Positions 1-13,991 of a stretch of DNA of 64,000 bases are shown in pieces. Positions within the stretch are counted from its first letter, which is position 1. Each line of letters begins with the position of its first letter. The position numbers were made by a program, and so were the translations under genes. The stretch comes from Eledone cirrhosa (Eukaryota), in contig OZ024742.1 in assembly GCA_964016885.1 (NCBI GenBank), positions 92,504,001 to 92,568,000 of the forward strand, written 5' to 3'. The notes under the pieces are model-generated. The model did not search any database and was not told the DNA's origin. It saw only the letters and a program-made list of their open reading frames with translations.

Positions 1-249
1 TGTCTATTTTCTGATATCACCCGCTAAAGTATTTTATTTCATTTATTGAAATATTAAGGCATGTAGTTTATTATATTTATTTAATTAATTAATTATTGAA
101 ATATTGAGGTAGGTATTTTTATTTTATCTATTTATTTAATTAGTTATCGAAATATTGAGGTAATGACATATATATATATATATATATATATATTCATTTA
201 CTCCGAGGTAAAGAGGTGAAAACTAAAATCTCGTTTCTTGCTCTCGTGA

Positions 250-3200
250 ATCCCAGCGAAATGCACCACATTAAGGAAAACAATGCACATGTAAATAAAA
301 AATCAACGAAACTGGAAAACGAAGGAATTGGAGACATTGCTCACAGCCTGGAGCTTGGTCAATGAGTCCCCGTCAAACAAGCTAATTGCAGAGACTCTGA
401 AAGGCTGTGGCTTTTTGAGCGAAAAAAAGAACAATTTTATCGCGCCTATATGCTCGTAAAGTTACATACGGATCTCCTGAACCATATCTTCAAAGAGGAG
501 ACCAAAGACGAAGAGAAAAAAATATGAGTCACAAAGGACCCACGGAGGCCCAGAAGGATCTGAGAGCCACTAAGAGTGAGATGACCTACGATGCAGACAA
601 TATCACTGGAGAAAATGAAACACTAGAACGTGGCAAAGGTAAAATAAAGAGACACCAGGCAGATCCCTATAAGAAGGAAAAAGTAAATAAACAGGCAGAA
701 GGTGACTAGTGGACAAATGCTAAGGTGAAAAAGACTAGAACCATGAGAAACAGAGACAGTGGGGGAAAAGAAAACCTAAGTACTCAGTAAGTTCTACAAG
801 AAAAGGACCTGCTGACATGGTCAAGCAGGGACAGGTTACAGCTTTGCACACCTCATACTGTATGTGAGCTGAGCCCAACCTGGTTATCATAAATACTCGA
901 ATCAAAACCAGCACAGGCAAACAAAACAGCACACAGGAAATCTGCTGATGTTGGACGTACTGCCTCGATGATAAGGAGACTATGCAGAAGCAGTACTGAC
1001 TGTAATTGCGGAGTAACGATCTTTTTTAGACATAGAAGAAAAGATTAGGAGACAGTTGACTTGACTACAACAGGTATAAAGTCAAAGTCAGTGACACCAA
1101 CTATCGTGACCACAACAAATAAAGGACCCAGAGTAGCCACCACTGACACCCACATAAATATCATGAGCGGCTATTGCTGACACCCAAAATGTCACACCCG
1201 TACGACTGATAAATGTTAGAGATTTGGTAAAACTGACCAGCATGAGTAAGATCCCATACCTGGGAGACCTAACCACAAACAATATGTATGGCACTAACTG
1301 AAACGCACCTGATGTGGAAACACATACCAAATTATGTTTATATTTCGTAATGACAGGAGAAAGAGAACTCGTGATGGAGTTTCTTTGTTCATCCGTGAAG
1401 ATGCCACACTTTTAGTATTGTTGTCACATTCCAGCTCTGTGGCACACAAATTGTACACATGAAGTAACTCAATATGGTAATATGTGTCACGTATAGGGCA
1501 CCAAACGCCACTAGTCGTGAGGACAAGTTTGAATATAGCGTCAGAGAGATGAAAGAATTGCTAATAAAACTGGATCGGAGTTTCGAAACACTGTTGCTGG
1601 AAGAATTTAGCCTCCCCAAGGTCAAATGGTCCGAAGGCCACCCCCTCTCAGGAATGGCGGTACTTGAATAAAGGCAGACAAAATCCTTGCTGGACTTTAC
1701 AAACAGACTGTTTATGGAACAAATAGTACTTCATCCAACATGAGGTAAAAATATCCTGGATCTCTGCTTCACGGCGCTCATCCACAATGGGTAAGTGACA
1801 CTAATCATTTTCTCGGATCATAACATAGTCGGACTAGTAACGTATAGTCCAAAGAATGTAGATATGCAACCAACATGACACTCGGTCTCTATCCAGCCTG
1901 AACTACCACAAAGCTAACTTGAAGTGAAACTGGACCAACAGTCTCTCTACGGAAGATGTCAACATGCAGCTTGAGCAATAATACAAGCCATATACTTTAC
2001 CCCAGACAGAAAGACCAACTGACACAAAAATATTATTATCAGGAACAGAAATATTGTGAGGCTGAGCAGGAAGATCTCAAACCGGCTACATATACAAACA
2101 GACACTATTTGAAAAGGAGATGGCAGAAAAAGAAGTCAAGGCTATAGAAAATATAAAAACGAAATTGGAAAGGCCAATTTTCCATAAAAGTGGCTCACTG
2201 ACCGCAGACCTTCGAGGGATAAGTAAGATCTTGAACGAACAATATAAAAGTGTTTTCACATCTCCAATAACACACATGCAAATAAATAGGCCAGTTGAGT
2301 TCTTTAACACCATTGCGTTACTCGGAGAAATAGCAACTATCAACTATATAGATATAAATGAGGGAGATGTAATATCAGCCATAGATGAAACAAGGCCAAA
2401 TTCGGCTGCTGGCCATGATAGTTTCCCAGCAATCCCCCCTAAAAATATGCAAACGAACATTAACAAAACCACTGCAGACCTTTTCCAAGGCTCCCTTGCA
2501 AGTGGTAAACTATGCAGAAAGCTATAAGAAGGCATAATATGTCCTATCCATAAAAGAGGAAGCAGAGCAGATGCTAAAAACCTACAGGCCTGTCTCCCTG
2601 ACCTCACATATAAGCAGTAAAATCATGGAATGAATCATCAGAAAGAATCTGATCACTAGAGAAAATAGTCTGCTAACTGATACCCAGCACGCCAAGGAAG
2701 CTGCCTTACGGCTTTATGATTGGGTACTGAAACAGCTGCTAGACCGTTTTAACCAGGATGTGATGTATCTTGACAATATTAATCAGGGAATGATATGCAC
2801 AAACTACGCAGCTTTGACATAGTTGGAGAATTAGGTGAATGGCTTCATGACTTCTTAAAATACAAAAGCCAAATTGCTGCAGCCAAACAGGCCCTCTCAA
2901 AAGAAAAACATCGATATCAAGTCCTAGGAAACCATCTTGATATCCTTCTGTTTGTGGTGGTTCTCTCAGACACGTCCTCTGTAATACAGACAGCCTCCTT
3001 CATTAGCTATGCTGATGACACGAAAGTAACACAGGAAATCAAGAAACAAGCTGATGCAACTCTCTTACATGTTTTAGATGCTATATATAAATTTCAAGCC
3101 CATCACTATCAACCACGACGACAGGACCACTACAACAAATGTACACCGAACCAAGAGTAATCGAAACCCACGAGTCGAAATCAGTACGAGACCTGGGTAT

Positions 3201-3590
3201 TGACATGAGCAATGATACATCGTTTCGTGCACACATCACCAAAATAACGACAATGTGCTGACGACTGAAGGGCTGGATTCCGAGAACTTTCAGGACAAGT
3301 GACTGGGAAACCATATTGGTCCTTTGGAGGACCTTTGTCCTCAGCCGACTTGTGGTTGCCCCAGTGTCAAACAAACCACCGAATTTTAAGATATCCGACG
3401 AAGTTACACCAAGAGGATTGCCTGTAGTTGTTTCAAGAAACATCACGGCATTCTGCTAACCAGGATCCCGGATGAACTTACAGCACAAATAAGCATGACA
3501 GCAACAAATTCCTTTTACATCAATGGCCAACCAAGGAAAGCAGTCTGTAGAAAATGTAGCGTCAATCGTGGTGCCCCAGCATGGCCTCAG
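250..3590 (+). mobile_element. Degenerate CR1/Jockey-group non-LTR retrotransposon (APE + RT remnants, many stops and frameshifts)
   Basis: ORF pieces 'ICVTYRAPN', 'NSAAGHDSFPA', 'ICPIHKRGS', 'ISYADDTKV' and C-terminal 'IPDE...TNS' resemble LINE endonuclease/RT motifs; boundaries approximate. Confidence 0.8.
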
Positions 3591-3690
3591 GCTACATTTT
3601 CTACAGCCAGCTTTCCTTGGTTGGCCATTGATGTAAAAGGAATTTGTTGTTGTCACCCTTATTTGTGCTGTAGGTTCATCCGGGATCCTG
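3461..3690. repeat. Inverted repeat (100-bp arms 3461-3560 and 3591-3690, 30-nt spacer) formed from the LINE 3' end
   Basis: caggatcccggatgaac...aaaatgtagc reverse-complements gctacatttt...gttcatccgggatcctg with a few mismatches. Confidence 0.9.
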
Positions 3691-3746
3691 ATTATATACA
3701 TAGAAATATACATACATGTTTGTGTGCATGCGTGTATATATGTATA

Positions 3747-4277
3747 CGAAGGCACTTCAAAAAGTTCGTGGAAAAAGGACAGTTTGAAAAAAAAACGGTT
3801 TAAGTTATGATGTTTATTTTTCAACATATGCTCTATCTAGGTCAATACACTTCTGCAAAAGTTGATACCAGCCTTTAAGTCCATCTGTGTAAAACTGAGG
3901 ACCATGCGATTTAAACCGTCAAATCAGCTTTTTTTTACATCTTCAACCTCATCTCTTCCACTTCTAAAATGACTTATCCGTTTGTAGGTTGTTGATTTCT
4001 TTTGGGCATTGTCCCCATAAACTTGCTCCAGAGCATCAATGATTTGGCTGCTCTTCCAGCCTAGCTTCACGAATTTGATGTTTTGATAGATGCCATGTTG
4101 CTCGATCGGGTGCTAACTTCTGACTGGCGGAGCCACGATGCAACATGCATTTATGGGTTCATATTAGAACATGTTATGACACGTTAGAACGAGAACGTAC
4201 AGGTGTATTGAGATCAAAATCCCTGCATATGACTTTTAGTTATATACTTTTTCCACGAATATTTTGAAACCCCCTCG
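3747..4277 (-). mobile_element. Non-autonomous mariner (Tc1/mariner) element
   Basis: Imperfect ~29-bp TIRs (cgaaggcacttcaaaaagttcgtggaaaa / ttttccacgaatattttgaaaccccctcg) flanked by TA; minus-strand remnant 'NIKFVKLGWKSSQIIDALEQVYGDNA' resembles the mariner transposase HTH. Confidence 0.85.
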
Positions 4278-4619
4278 TATATAGAATTATATATACATGT
4301 GAAGGTGCATGGCTTGTGGTTAGAGCGTTGGGCTTGCAATGGTGAGGTTGTGATTTTGATTCCCGAAAAATAAACATTTGGTCATTCCATGTGAGTATCT
4401 TGATCAGCCTCTGAACTTATCCGTTGACCCTTGTACGTTCGTACATATATACCTACATACAAACATCTATATCCTTATAAAAAGGAAGTTTGTTTGTATG
4501 TTGACTGCTAATAACTCTAAATAAAATTGATAATAATTAAGGTTTTTTTGTGTGTTTTCAACTAATTTTGCCCTCCATTAAGCTAACTGTTAATCCCCAA
4601 CACACTATATTTAACATGA

Positions 4620-6180
4620 TGTTTGGCACCTCTGATGTCTTAGCGACAATAAACAAAATTAAATACAACTCAGCAATAGGGTCTCTGCTTGTCTCTTGAT
4701 GGTGCATTAACACCAACTTGCATTTCCTCTAGCTAATCTATGGAGGAACTTGCTGAATGCTGGCTATATCCCTGTAATCTTTGTCCCAATTATCAAAAAG
4801 GGGGACAAGTTTCTTGCAATGAATTACTATCCTCACTCACCTTTCATATGATTCAGGTATTAGAGAGGGTGGTGAAATCACAAATAACTCACTTCCTTGA
4901 AACAACAATTTGCTGAACTCCAACCAGATGGATTCTGAAATGGTAAGGACTGCCTAACGCAGTTCCTGCATCACTTTGATGAAAGAGCTTTGGGAGAGGA
5001 CTCCAACACTGATGTCATATACCTTAATTTCAGCAAGGCCTTTGTCAGGGTTGATCACAATATCTGTTGAAAAAACTATCCAACATTGGTATCTCTGGAA
5101 AGTTACAATGGATTAAGTGATTCCTGATGAACAAAGCCCAACATGTTGTGGTCGAAGGAATACAATCAAGCTCAGGCAAAGTCAGTTGTGGCATCCCGCA
5201 GGGCACTGTGTTGGGCCCACTACTCTTTATTATTTACATCAACAACATTACCGATGCCATTAAGCACAGCAACAATAATGAAGTGGGAGATCGGACATGC
5301 CTTCAATCAGATCTACCTGCTGTTATCCAATAGGCGGGGAAAAACTATGCTACTGACTGAGGATAAATTTGAATTAATCCACTTTGGAAAAGAGGATGCA
5401 CTGAAGTTATATCTTCTTCCCTCAGGTGAAACCATCATGGCATCCAACAACACCAGAGACCTTGGAGTAACTGTTGATCACCTAAGATGGGCTACTTATA
5501 TAAACAACAAAGCTGACATGGCCCACAGGATGAGTTCCTAGATTCTCAGAACTTTCTGATCAAGAGATATCCACACCATAAATCCTTCTCTTCTCTACTT
5601 TTGCTCAGCCCCACTTTGAATACTGTTGTCCACTGTGATCTCCCCACATAAAACAAAGTATGAAAATTGAAGCACCTCAAAAATCAATCACAAAAAAGAT
5701 AGATAGCATAACAGGCTATCTATTGGGGTCGACTAGAAGAGCTCAAACTTTCTTTCCAGCGCTGCCATGAGTGCTACATCCTCTGCATGATGTGGAAAAT
5801 ATTCCATCAACATTGCCCAAATGATGTTGGCATCATCTTTGAAATCCACCTAAGGCTTGGGCCCCATGCTATCTGCCCACTACAAAAATCAAACTCACAT
5901 CACATAACATTATGGCACAATTATTTCACTTCAAATGGTCCCACTCTCTTTAACATCATACCAAAATACATAAAAACAGAAAGATATCACATAAAATTCA
6001 AAATGTCTTTGGACAAATTCCTCCAAGGAGTTCTGGATAATTCCCCTACACTCAAATATATATCCAAAAAGAATAACTCTCTACTTGAGTGGGCCATAGT
6101 GTCCAAAACATGATTTCAAAGACTTCGCCAGGCGGTGCTATTTAGACATGGCCTGGGTCAATACTAGCTGAAAGTTATCA
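4620..6180 (+). mobile_element. Second degenerate, 5'-truncated CR1-like LINE (RT and C-terminal region)
   Basis: 'DVIYLNFSKAF', 'GIPQGTVLGPLLFIIYINNI', 'RDLGVTVD', 'FKMSLDKFLQGVLD'; frameshifted. Confidence 0.85.
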
Positions 6181-7094
6181 AATATATATATATATATATC
6201 ATCATTGTTTAATGTTCATTTTCCACACTAGCATGGACAGGACAGGCCATCCTGTTGTGAGACAAAGTCAGAGGATCATATTTCGCTCATGCAGAAATGA
6301 TTTTGGCTTGGTTTCTATGGCTGGATGCCCTTCCTAATGCCAACCACATTTACAGTATGTGCTGGGTGCTTTTTGTTGCAACACCTACATGGACACTTTA
6401 CAGTGTAGGCTGGGCACTTTGAGAGGGAGAACCATCATCAGTAATTGATCTCAGCACTACTAGCTAATAAAACATGTATTAAAACAGCAGTCTATCACTC
6501 CTAACATGTGGGAGTTATTTTCAGCTAAGTAGACTGTGTATTAATTGTCTTTTTGGTCGCTGTGACACCATACAAACCACATCTAGTCAGCTTACCCTTG
6601 GCCATCTGCAACGGTACTTTCTCAAGAGTCATAACATCATCATCATCTTCATATGTTAACATTCCATACTGGCGTGAACTGAATGGGTCATTAAAGTTTG
6701 AGATTACATAAATCTGATAAACCTGTCACGTTCATACATTCCATATTTTGGCAGAGTCTCTGTGGTTGGATGCCTTCCTAATGCCAACCACTTTCTGGTG
6801 TGGACTGAATGCATTTTATCATGGCACCAACACTAGAGAGTCTAATTAGTCCACTGCAAGTCTTACAAAGAAATACAAACAAAACAAAACAGCAACCATT
6901 ACTGAAGCGTGTAAATATAACAGTTTATGGTTTAATAATAATGGTTTCTGATTTAGGCACAAGGCCAACAATTTTAGGGGAGGGGAAAGTCCTTTATTTT
7001 ATCAACCCCGTAAGGATGAAAGGCAAAGCTGACCTCAGTGAGATTTGAAATAATAATAATAGTAATAATAATAGTCATTCTTTTATCACATAAA

Positions 7095-7254
7095 TTACAG
7101 TATGAATTTGATAAAGAAAACAAAAAATATGATAAGAACTACGAATATTTTGATCATTAACCATCGATTTGTGGACACAGAACGGAAGAACTTCATTAAT
7201 TCTGTGTGTGCAACTTCAACATTGATTTCAGCATCTTGGACATTGGAATCAATC
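7095..7254 (-). CDS. STX5: Syntaxin-5, last coding exon (SNARE C-terminus + transmembrane anchor, TAA stop)
   Basis: ttttctaaccag| (R)IDSNVQDAEINVEVAHTELMKFFRSVSTNRWLMIKIFVVLIIFFVFFIKFIL*; matches STX5 'RIDENV...SNRWLMVKIF'. Confidence 0.95.
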
Positions 7255-8119
7255 CTGGTTAGAAAAAAGAGAGTAAGAAAGACAGATAATGAATATTATT
7301 ATTGCTATTGGCAATCAATCAGAGGACTATTTAGTCTTGTCGAGCACTGAGCAATCACTGTTGTGCTGGTTCCATGATAAAATTCACACAATACACCCTG
7401 TAAAATGACAGAGCTGGTGACACAATAAAATGCACCTAGTAGATTCTGTAAAGTGGCCATGTTGTTGCCACAATAAAATGAATCTAGTCAACTTTGTAAA
7501 TTGGTAGTCTTGGTGCCACAATAAAATACACCCAATATACTGTGCAAAGTGGTTGGCATTAAGAAGGGTATCCAACCATAGAAAGCATGCCAAAATATGG
7601 AACATAGATGCAAGATGTAGTTATCTGACCCTGAAGTCTTGTCCAATCTATGTCAGAAATGGAAAAATAGAAATAAAATGATAATTTTGTCAGGGCAGTG
7701 GATTGACAGAATTATTAAAGCATTGGACAATGCCTTACATTATTTCTTTATGGCTCTTTGCATTTTGTAATCACAGCAAGGTTAATTTTGATTTTTATCT
7801 CTCCATTTCTCCATGCTTGCATGGGTTGGATGAAGCACAGAGCTTATCCCACTTTCAAGTGTATTAAATTACCAAGAGTACATCATTCCTCTCTGGACAG
7901 AATACCAGTCCACTGCAGAGCCAACCCTCTGCTGCTGCTGCTATTCATTTTCAGTTAAGTATATTGGAACAAGATGAAATGAAGTGTCTTTCTCAAGGAC
8001 AATATGTCATTCAGTCTGGGAATTGAGCCTATGACCGTATGATCAATACCCTAACAGTTATTTTCTACCACAAACAATTCAAGCATTCCTAACTATTAGG
8101 AAGTGGAACTTCCTAATAG

Positions 8120-9000
8120 TTAACCCCTGCCACATAACCCCAACTGTAGTCGTGAAATTAAAATGTCAATGAAAGTTGAATCATGACAGAAATCGTTGCT
8201 TACATTTTCCATTCAAAGTTGAACCACAGTCATGGTCTGAGGGTACTCATTTCTGGTGTAAAATACTCAGTGATTGGATGAATTAGGAAGTTAATTTTAG
8301 TTTAAACCAATCAGGGTGTGTTTAATAATTTTTTAATATAAGGGCACATTGCAATTAATTGCTCCCTTTTGAGAGAGCGAGCAACACATTTTAATAATGA
8401 CAATTTATATTAACAAATATGGCATTGGAAAGAGAAAACATAGGTTTTTTAAGGCTTTACTGAATTTGATTTAGTTGAAGCATAAAAAAAATGATTCTTT
8501 TATTGATAATGAACAGAATATATTATACATTGATTTAATGTCAGAATCTGACTCTGACGATGATATATAAATGAATTCAAATAAAATGAAGATGATAGTA
8601 AACCCATGTCGGAATGGAGCGATTGAGTTTTTTAAGGTTGATGTTGAAGCATTCAGAGGAAATCCTGGACCAATAAATATTTTGAATTCTGAGAAGAAAG
8701 AACTAGATTTTTTTCTTTCAAATATTTAAGAAGTATTTGTTTGATTTGCTAGAGATCGAAACAAACAAATACGCTGAAACAAAAGCCCTGATCAGAAATG
8801 GGGAAACACAACTGCTTCGGAAATGAAGGCCTATATTGCCTTTCAGGTAGTGATGAGAGTTGTTTCTGTCCTTAATCATAACATGTATTTTTTAAAAGAT
8901 AATTTTTCCAGTTGGCAGGGATCAAGGGATTACAATGGACAAACTGGACAAATTGAATCAATATTTATTATATTAAATAATCTGTAAATATAATGAAATT
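8120..9000 (+). mobile_element. Degenerate piggyBac (PGBD4-like) transposase remnant
   Basis: Begins ttaa-cccc; acidic 'MSESDSDDD', then 'FRGNPGP', 'IETNKYA', 'TTASEMKAYIAFQVVM' resemble piggyBac transposase N-terminal motifs; frameshifted. Confidence 0.6.
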
Positions 9001-9231
9001 TTTTGCAATATCCTTTAGAAAATTCAATTTGGAATCTTCACTGAAAATATCATGCATTTTTGTTAATGATTTATAAACTTAGAGCAATTTTTGTATGGTC
9101 ATGTTAAAAAAAAAACTATCGATTCTCCATATTTCGCTTAGGGAGGTAGTGTCAAAACAAAAAGAGGTGTCAAATACTAAGGAAAATAATCACATATGGC
9201 CAAAAAGAAAAAGATGAGTTTATATATATAT

Positions 9232-9490
9232 CATCATCATCACTGTTTTACGTCCGTTCTTCCATGCTAGCATGGGTTAGACGGGTTGTCCTGTTGTGGG
9301 CAGTGTCTGGTCGGCTGACCATGCCTTGCTCATACAGGAACTGATTTTGGCTTGATTTCTACAGCTGGATGCCCTTCCTAACACCAGCCTCATTTACAGT
9401 GAGTGCTGGGTGCTTTTTCCGTGGCACCTACACGTCCACTTTACAGTGTGGGCTGGGTGCTTTTTTGCCGTGACACCTCCACGACCACCT
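9232..9490 (-). mobile_element. Young RTE 3'-UTR/tail fragment
   Basis: Nearly identical to 60625-60890, the 3' end of the long RTE, including the (ATG)n tail. Confidence 0.9.
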
Positions 9491-10552
9491 TTAGCCCTCT
9501 CCTGCTTATTATCATCCTGCAGTCTATAATGGAAAAGTGTAAGATTGGCTGCCCATGGCAGTTTCTGTATGCCAATGATCCAGCCATTATAGCTTATCTA
9601 TCACAGATCTAGAGAAGAAATTCCAAACATGGAAACAAGGCCTAGAATCTAAAGGTCTCAAAGTCAACCTGGCAAAGACCAAAGTCCTAGTATGTAGAAA
9701 GGATAACAGGGCCCAGATTCCCTCAGGGAATGATGCGTGTATACAAACAGTAATGTTGCATGGCAGTGGGACCTGGGCACTGTGTGCAGAGGGCCTACGA
9801 AGATTGGAAAGAAATGAAGCTTCCATGATTTGATGGATGTGTAATAATAATATACATGAACAGCAAAGCATAAATGAACTGAAAGAGAAACTAGGTATAA
9901 GAGGGATCAGATGTAGTGTGAAGGAGAGGAGAATGCATTGGTATGGACATGTGATGCATATGAAAGATGACAGCTGTATAAAAAGGTGCAAGGGGCTCAA
10001 GTTTGATGGAAACTGTGGTGTAGGAAGACCTAGGAAGACTTGGGATGAAGTGATAAAAGCTGACCTTGTACAATAGCACCTCTGAAAGGCGATGACATAG
10101 GATCGAGATCTCTGACGTTAGGAAGTAATACAGAAGACCCGCCTTCCCATGTTCACAGGTTGAAGTATACATCTTGTATGCACTACCTTCCCCTGTTTGC
10201 ATCTCCCATGTCTAACACTCCATCCATGCCAGAACACCCCATCCCCTCACACACACACACACCCTAGATCTATCTCTCCCCCCTGTCCCAGCCCACATTG
10301 TAAAATGGTTTTGATGGCGACACAACAAAAAGCAACAAAAACCCCCAGCCCACACTGTGGCTCATATAGGTGACATGAGAAAAAGTGCCCAGCCCACACT
10401 GTAGTTAGGAATGGCATCCAGCCATAGAAACCAAGTCAAAACCAGTCCTGTAATAAGTAAGTCATTGTCATCAAACCCAGCTTGTCTCACAATGGGGCAA
10501 CTTGTCTAACCCATGGTAGCGGGGAAAATGGATGTTAAACGGTGATGATGAT
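9490..10552 (+). mobile_element. 5'-truncated, internally deleted RTE LINE (RT C-terminus + 3' UTR)
   Basis: 'LSPLLLIIILQ...GCPWQFLYAND', 'ERRMHWYGHVMHM...GRPRKTW'; ends in ggaaaatggatgttaaacggtgatgatg tail. Confidence 0.85.
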
Positions 10553-10908
10553 CATCAAAATTCACATCACAATGGTTGTAGTAGTATGGTTTGAATAAAT
10601 GAGCATGTGGTTAGTATCTTAATCCTTTCATTACTATATTTCACCTGAAAGACATTGCCTATATTTTTTTAATTTTTAAAATAATCAAGAATTTTAAGGA
10701 ATTTTATAATATAACTAACTTTGTCCTTATTCAGCTGCTGCTTGGAACACAACATGACAAAGGATCTTACAAACTTATGAGGCAAGGTTTTTAAATGTAT
10801 ATGATTATTCAAAACAAATAGCTCTATATTGTATAACCCATAATGTGGTAAAAAATCAACAAAGGAAAATAAAAAAGACATAGTGTAGTGTCTTTAGTAA
10901 ATACCAAC

Positions 10909-11030
10909 CTGTGCACCAGTTCTTCTTGTTCTTTGACCATTGTAGCAAGACGCTGGAAAACTGAACCCAGTTCAACAATTGTGGTGTTGATGTTCTGCAT
11001 GGACTGCTCTCGTTCATCCAGAAATGTATC
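10909..11030 (-). CDS. STX5: Syntaxin-5 coding exon 9 (Qa-SNARE motif)
   Basis: gtttag|DTFLDEREQSMQNINTTIVELGSVFQRLATMVKEQEELVH(R)|gttggt; zero-layer Q in KEQEE. Confidence 0.97.
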
Positions 11031-12234
11031 CTAAACAAGGATTAAATAAAATATAAAAGAAGAATATAGACCAAGGGTGAGGAATCTCCAACTTTTTTGA
11101 CACCCACAAGGGTTGCCTTCTTGAAGTACATTTTTAAAACGTAAGGAAGTGTGAAAATATTTTCTACATCATATTTTTTGTTGAAATATTTAGTACACTT
11201 TTAAAACAAAAGAAAGTGAAAATAAATTTATTTTAAACATCATAAAATTTATTAAAATTGCAGCTTCTTTTATTCATGTTCAACTCCTACAAAATCATGA
11301 TCACTATTATCCATGCTGCTACACATGCATGGTTAAGCATCATCACTTAATTTTCTTCCTGACATATGTTATATTATATGAAGTACCAGTAAGTACTACT
11401 GTTATACATTGCTACCTTAGAAAAGAGTTGCAATTGTTGGTGTAGAAGTGATTGCCACTTTAATTACATTTACAGTGATATTTGCAGTTTAATTTAAGTG
11501 TCACTGTAGCACTTGAACTCTTCTGGACAGTAACCCAAACTAACCCATGACATTATAAGACACAAGGTGATTTTCTGGGACATTTTGGGGGGGAAAAAAC
11601 TGTGTCTTATAAGCCATCAAATACGGTATATATTCAATTATGTTTCTTCTCTTCTGAAGTCACTTTCAGAAAAAAAATGTCAATTGAGACTAATCGGAGC
11701 TACATAATTTATCATCATCATCATCATCTTCGTTTAACGTCCATCTTCCATGCTAGCATGGGTTATCATAAATATAAAATACATACAAGAAAACATGAAT
11801 TTAGCTAACTTGTTTTCTTGGCCATATTTTTAATAAAATATGCTCTATTTCAATTAATTATTGAAGAATTTTGAAGGATTTGCTAAAATTATTTATTTCA
11901 TAACTAAGTAACTTAACATATAAACTCTTATATAAAATTATGGTGGAAGATATTCATTTAAATTGAAATGGAGAGCTTTGTTTCATATAACAAGAGCAAG
12001 TTTTGGTCAGGTTGATATCAAAATGGATAATGTAATTTTTGACTTGATATTTTATCAATATTTGTCTCATAAATTTTGACTTTTATTTCAATACAAGAAT
12101 GCAGATTTAATAATTTTTTTTAAATAACAGAATGCCTAAGTGCCACACAAGGAAAACTCAAGTGCTTCATGTGACTTCAGAGCTGCAGGTTCCTGATCTT
12201 AGACAAAATCACAAATGAAGAGGACTAGACTTAC

Positions 12235-12335
12235 ACGTTGTTCAACCAAATAGGTCTGATCCTGCCTCCTGTGAACATCAGTAGAGTCCATGTTGATGAC
12301 TAAATCACCTTGTTGTTCTTCCATCATTAAGGAAT
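12235..12335 (-). CDS. STX5: Syntaxin-5 coding exon 8 (linker)
   Basis: atacag|(N)SLMMEEQQGDLVINMDSTDVHRRQDQTYLVEQR|gtaagt; phase-consistent, aligns with 'DVAIDM...QLQLIDEQ'. Confidence 0.9.
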
Positions 12336-13603
12336 CTGTATAAAATATCAGACATATAATTCTAATGAATTTATTTGTTATGTTTTGTTTCATTGGAAGT
12401 CACCCTCCAACATGGCACCCAGTAACCAGCAATACATCAGGCCCAACAAATCACTCACAATAAGACAGTAAATAACCAGCAATACAACAAGTTGCAACAA
12501 GGTAGCAAATAACCAGCAATACAACAAGCCCTACACGATTACATAGCTTGTTGAGAATTACAAAATAAAAATCTAACAAGATACCATCCTCGAAATCAGG
12601 AAACTGAGCCAAAGAGAGGGAGAAGTAACAGAGAATATTAAAGGTTCAGGATACTGACATGGCATAAACTTGCCCAATTACAAATCATGCGTGTGACAAA
12701 CATTTATATTTTTACAGTACTTAATCAGAGGAGAAACGACGTCATCAATAACCCTTTTCAGAACCTCAAGCATTTATGGGAGGAAGAGAAAAAGTTAAAC
12801 TCAAACTACAGAACTGGCACGAATTCTGACAAACAGAAGACTTCACTAAAGGAACCCAAAGACCAGGTAGTAGTTGTAATGAATTGAAGGAAGAATTAAT
12901 TTTAACAGCAAAGAATATGAGCGGACTTATTGGCTTCAGCAAAACTCAAGTATTAGTCACCAAGATACATATACAACAGACAACTCTACTGCATATATAA
13001 CATCATCCCATTAGTAAATGTTTGTTATTTTTATATACCTAAAAATAGAGAGCAGGAAAAAATGTAAGAGAGATACAAACCACCCGCCTCTCTGAGCATT
13101 TGGTAGAGTGTGAACATACATGAGATGCAAGCCCCTAGCCTGTCTGAGAGGTCTATAGCTCTGTCTGAGAACTGACATAATCTGTAATGACCCATCCAAC
13201 CCTTGCTAGCAGGGAAAACATGTTAAATGATGAAATCCATTACTTAACATTAACTGGATACAAGACAATTTCTGTCTAACAAATTTCACTTACAAGGTTT
13301 TGGTCAACCCAAGCATTTGATCAACCTGAGATTTTAGTTGACAATGTTGCTATACTGCATGACTGATCCCTGAGTACAAATAATTGCAAAGAGAATCTAT
13401 TTAAACCACACATCCATATCTAACTTAGGCCAAACAAAACAAATCTGTCTAAACTACAGCCATACTTAACGTAGTCCAAAGAATAAAGTGTATCTATTTA
13501 AACTATACAACCATACATAACTTAGGCTAAGCAACAAAAAACACCTATTTAAACCACACATCCATTCCTAACTTAGTCCAAACATCAAAGTGAATCTATT
13601 TAA

Positions 13604-13991
13604 CCCTTTAGCATTCACATTACTCTATCGGTAGAGGGTCGGGCGCCATGCTTTGAAGCATAGAGTTACCTCCCTTTATGATCTGAGTTCAAATCTCGCT
13701 GAGGTCAACTTTGCCTTTCATCCTTACGGGGTCGATAAAATAAAGTACCAGTAATACACTCGGATAATTGCTGGCCTTGTGCCAAAAGTAGAAACAATTA
13801 TTACTATATTTTCACAGAAAAGAGTTTATCTCACATAACTATCTCACTTAATATCGAATCTATGAGATTTTGATATTATTTATTTTGAGAACAATACCTT
13901 AATATCGGTATGAGTGGCCGGTTATGACTGGTTTGAACAGAAAGAGGCGATAGAATTCTGGCCAGATATGGCCAGATTAAATGCTAAAGTG
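13604..13991. mobile_element. piggyBac-type MITE with a nested SINE
   Basis: TTAA at 13600-13603 and 13992-13995; TIR ccctttagcatt / aatgctaaagtg; SINE copy at ~13627-13802 inside. Confidence 0.8.

Noticed and set aside
3012-3030. ctgatga-cac-gaaa hammerhead-like string
   Set aside because: No stem II; it is the YADDTK coding motif of the LINE RT
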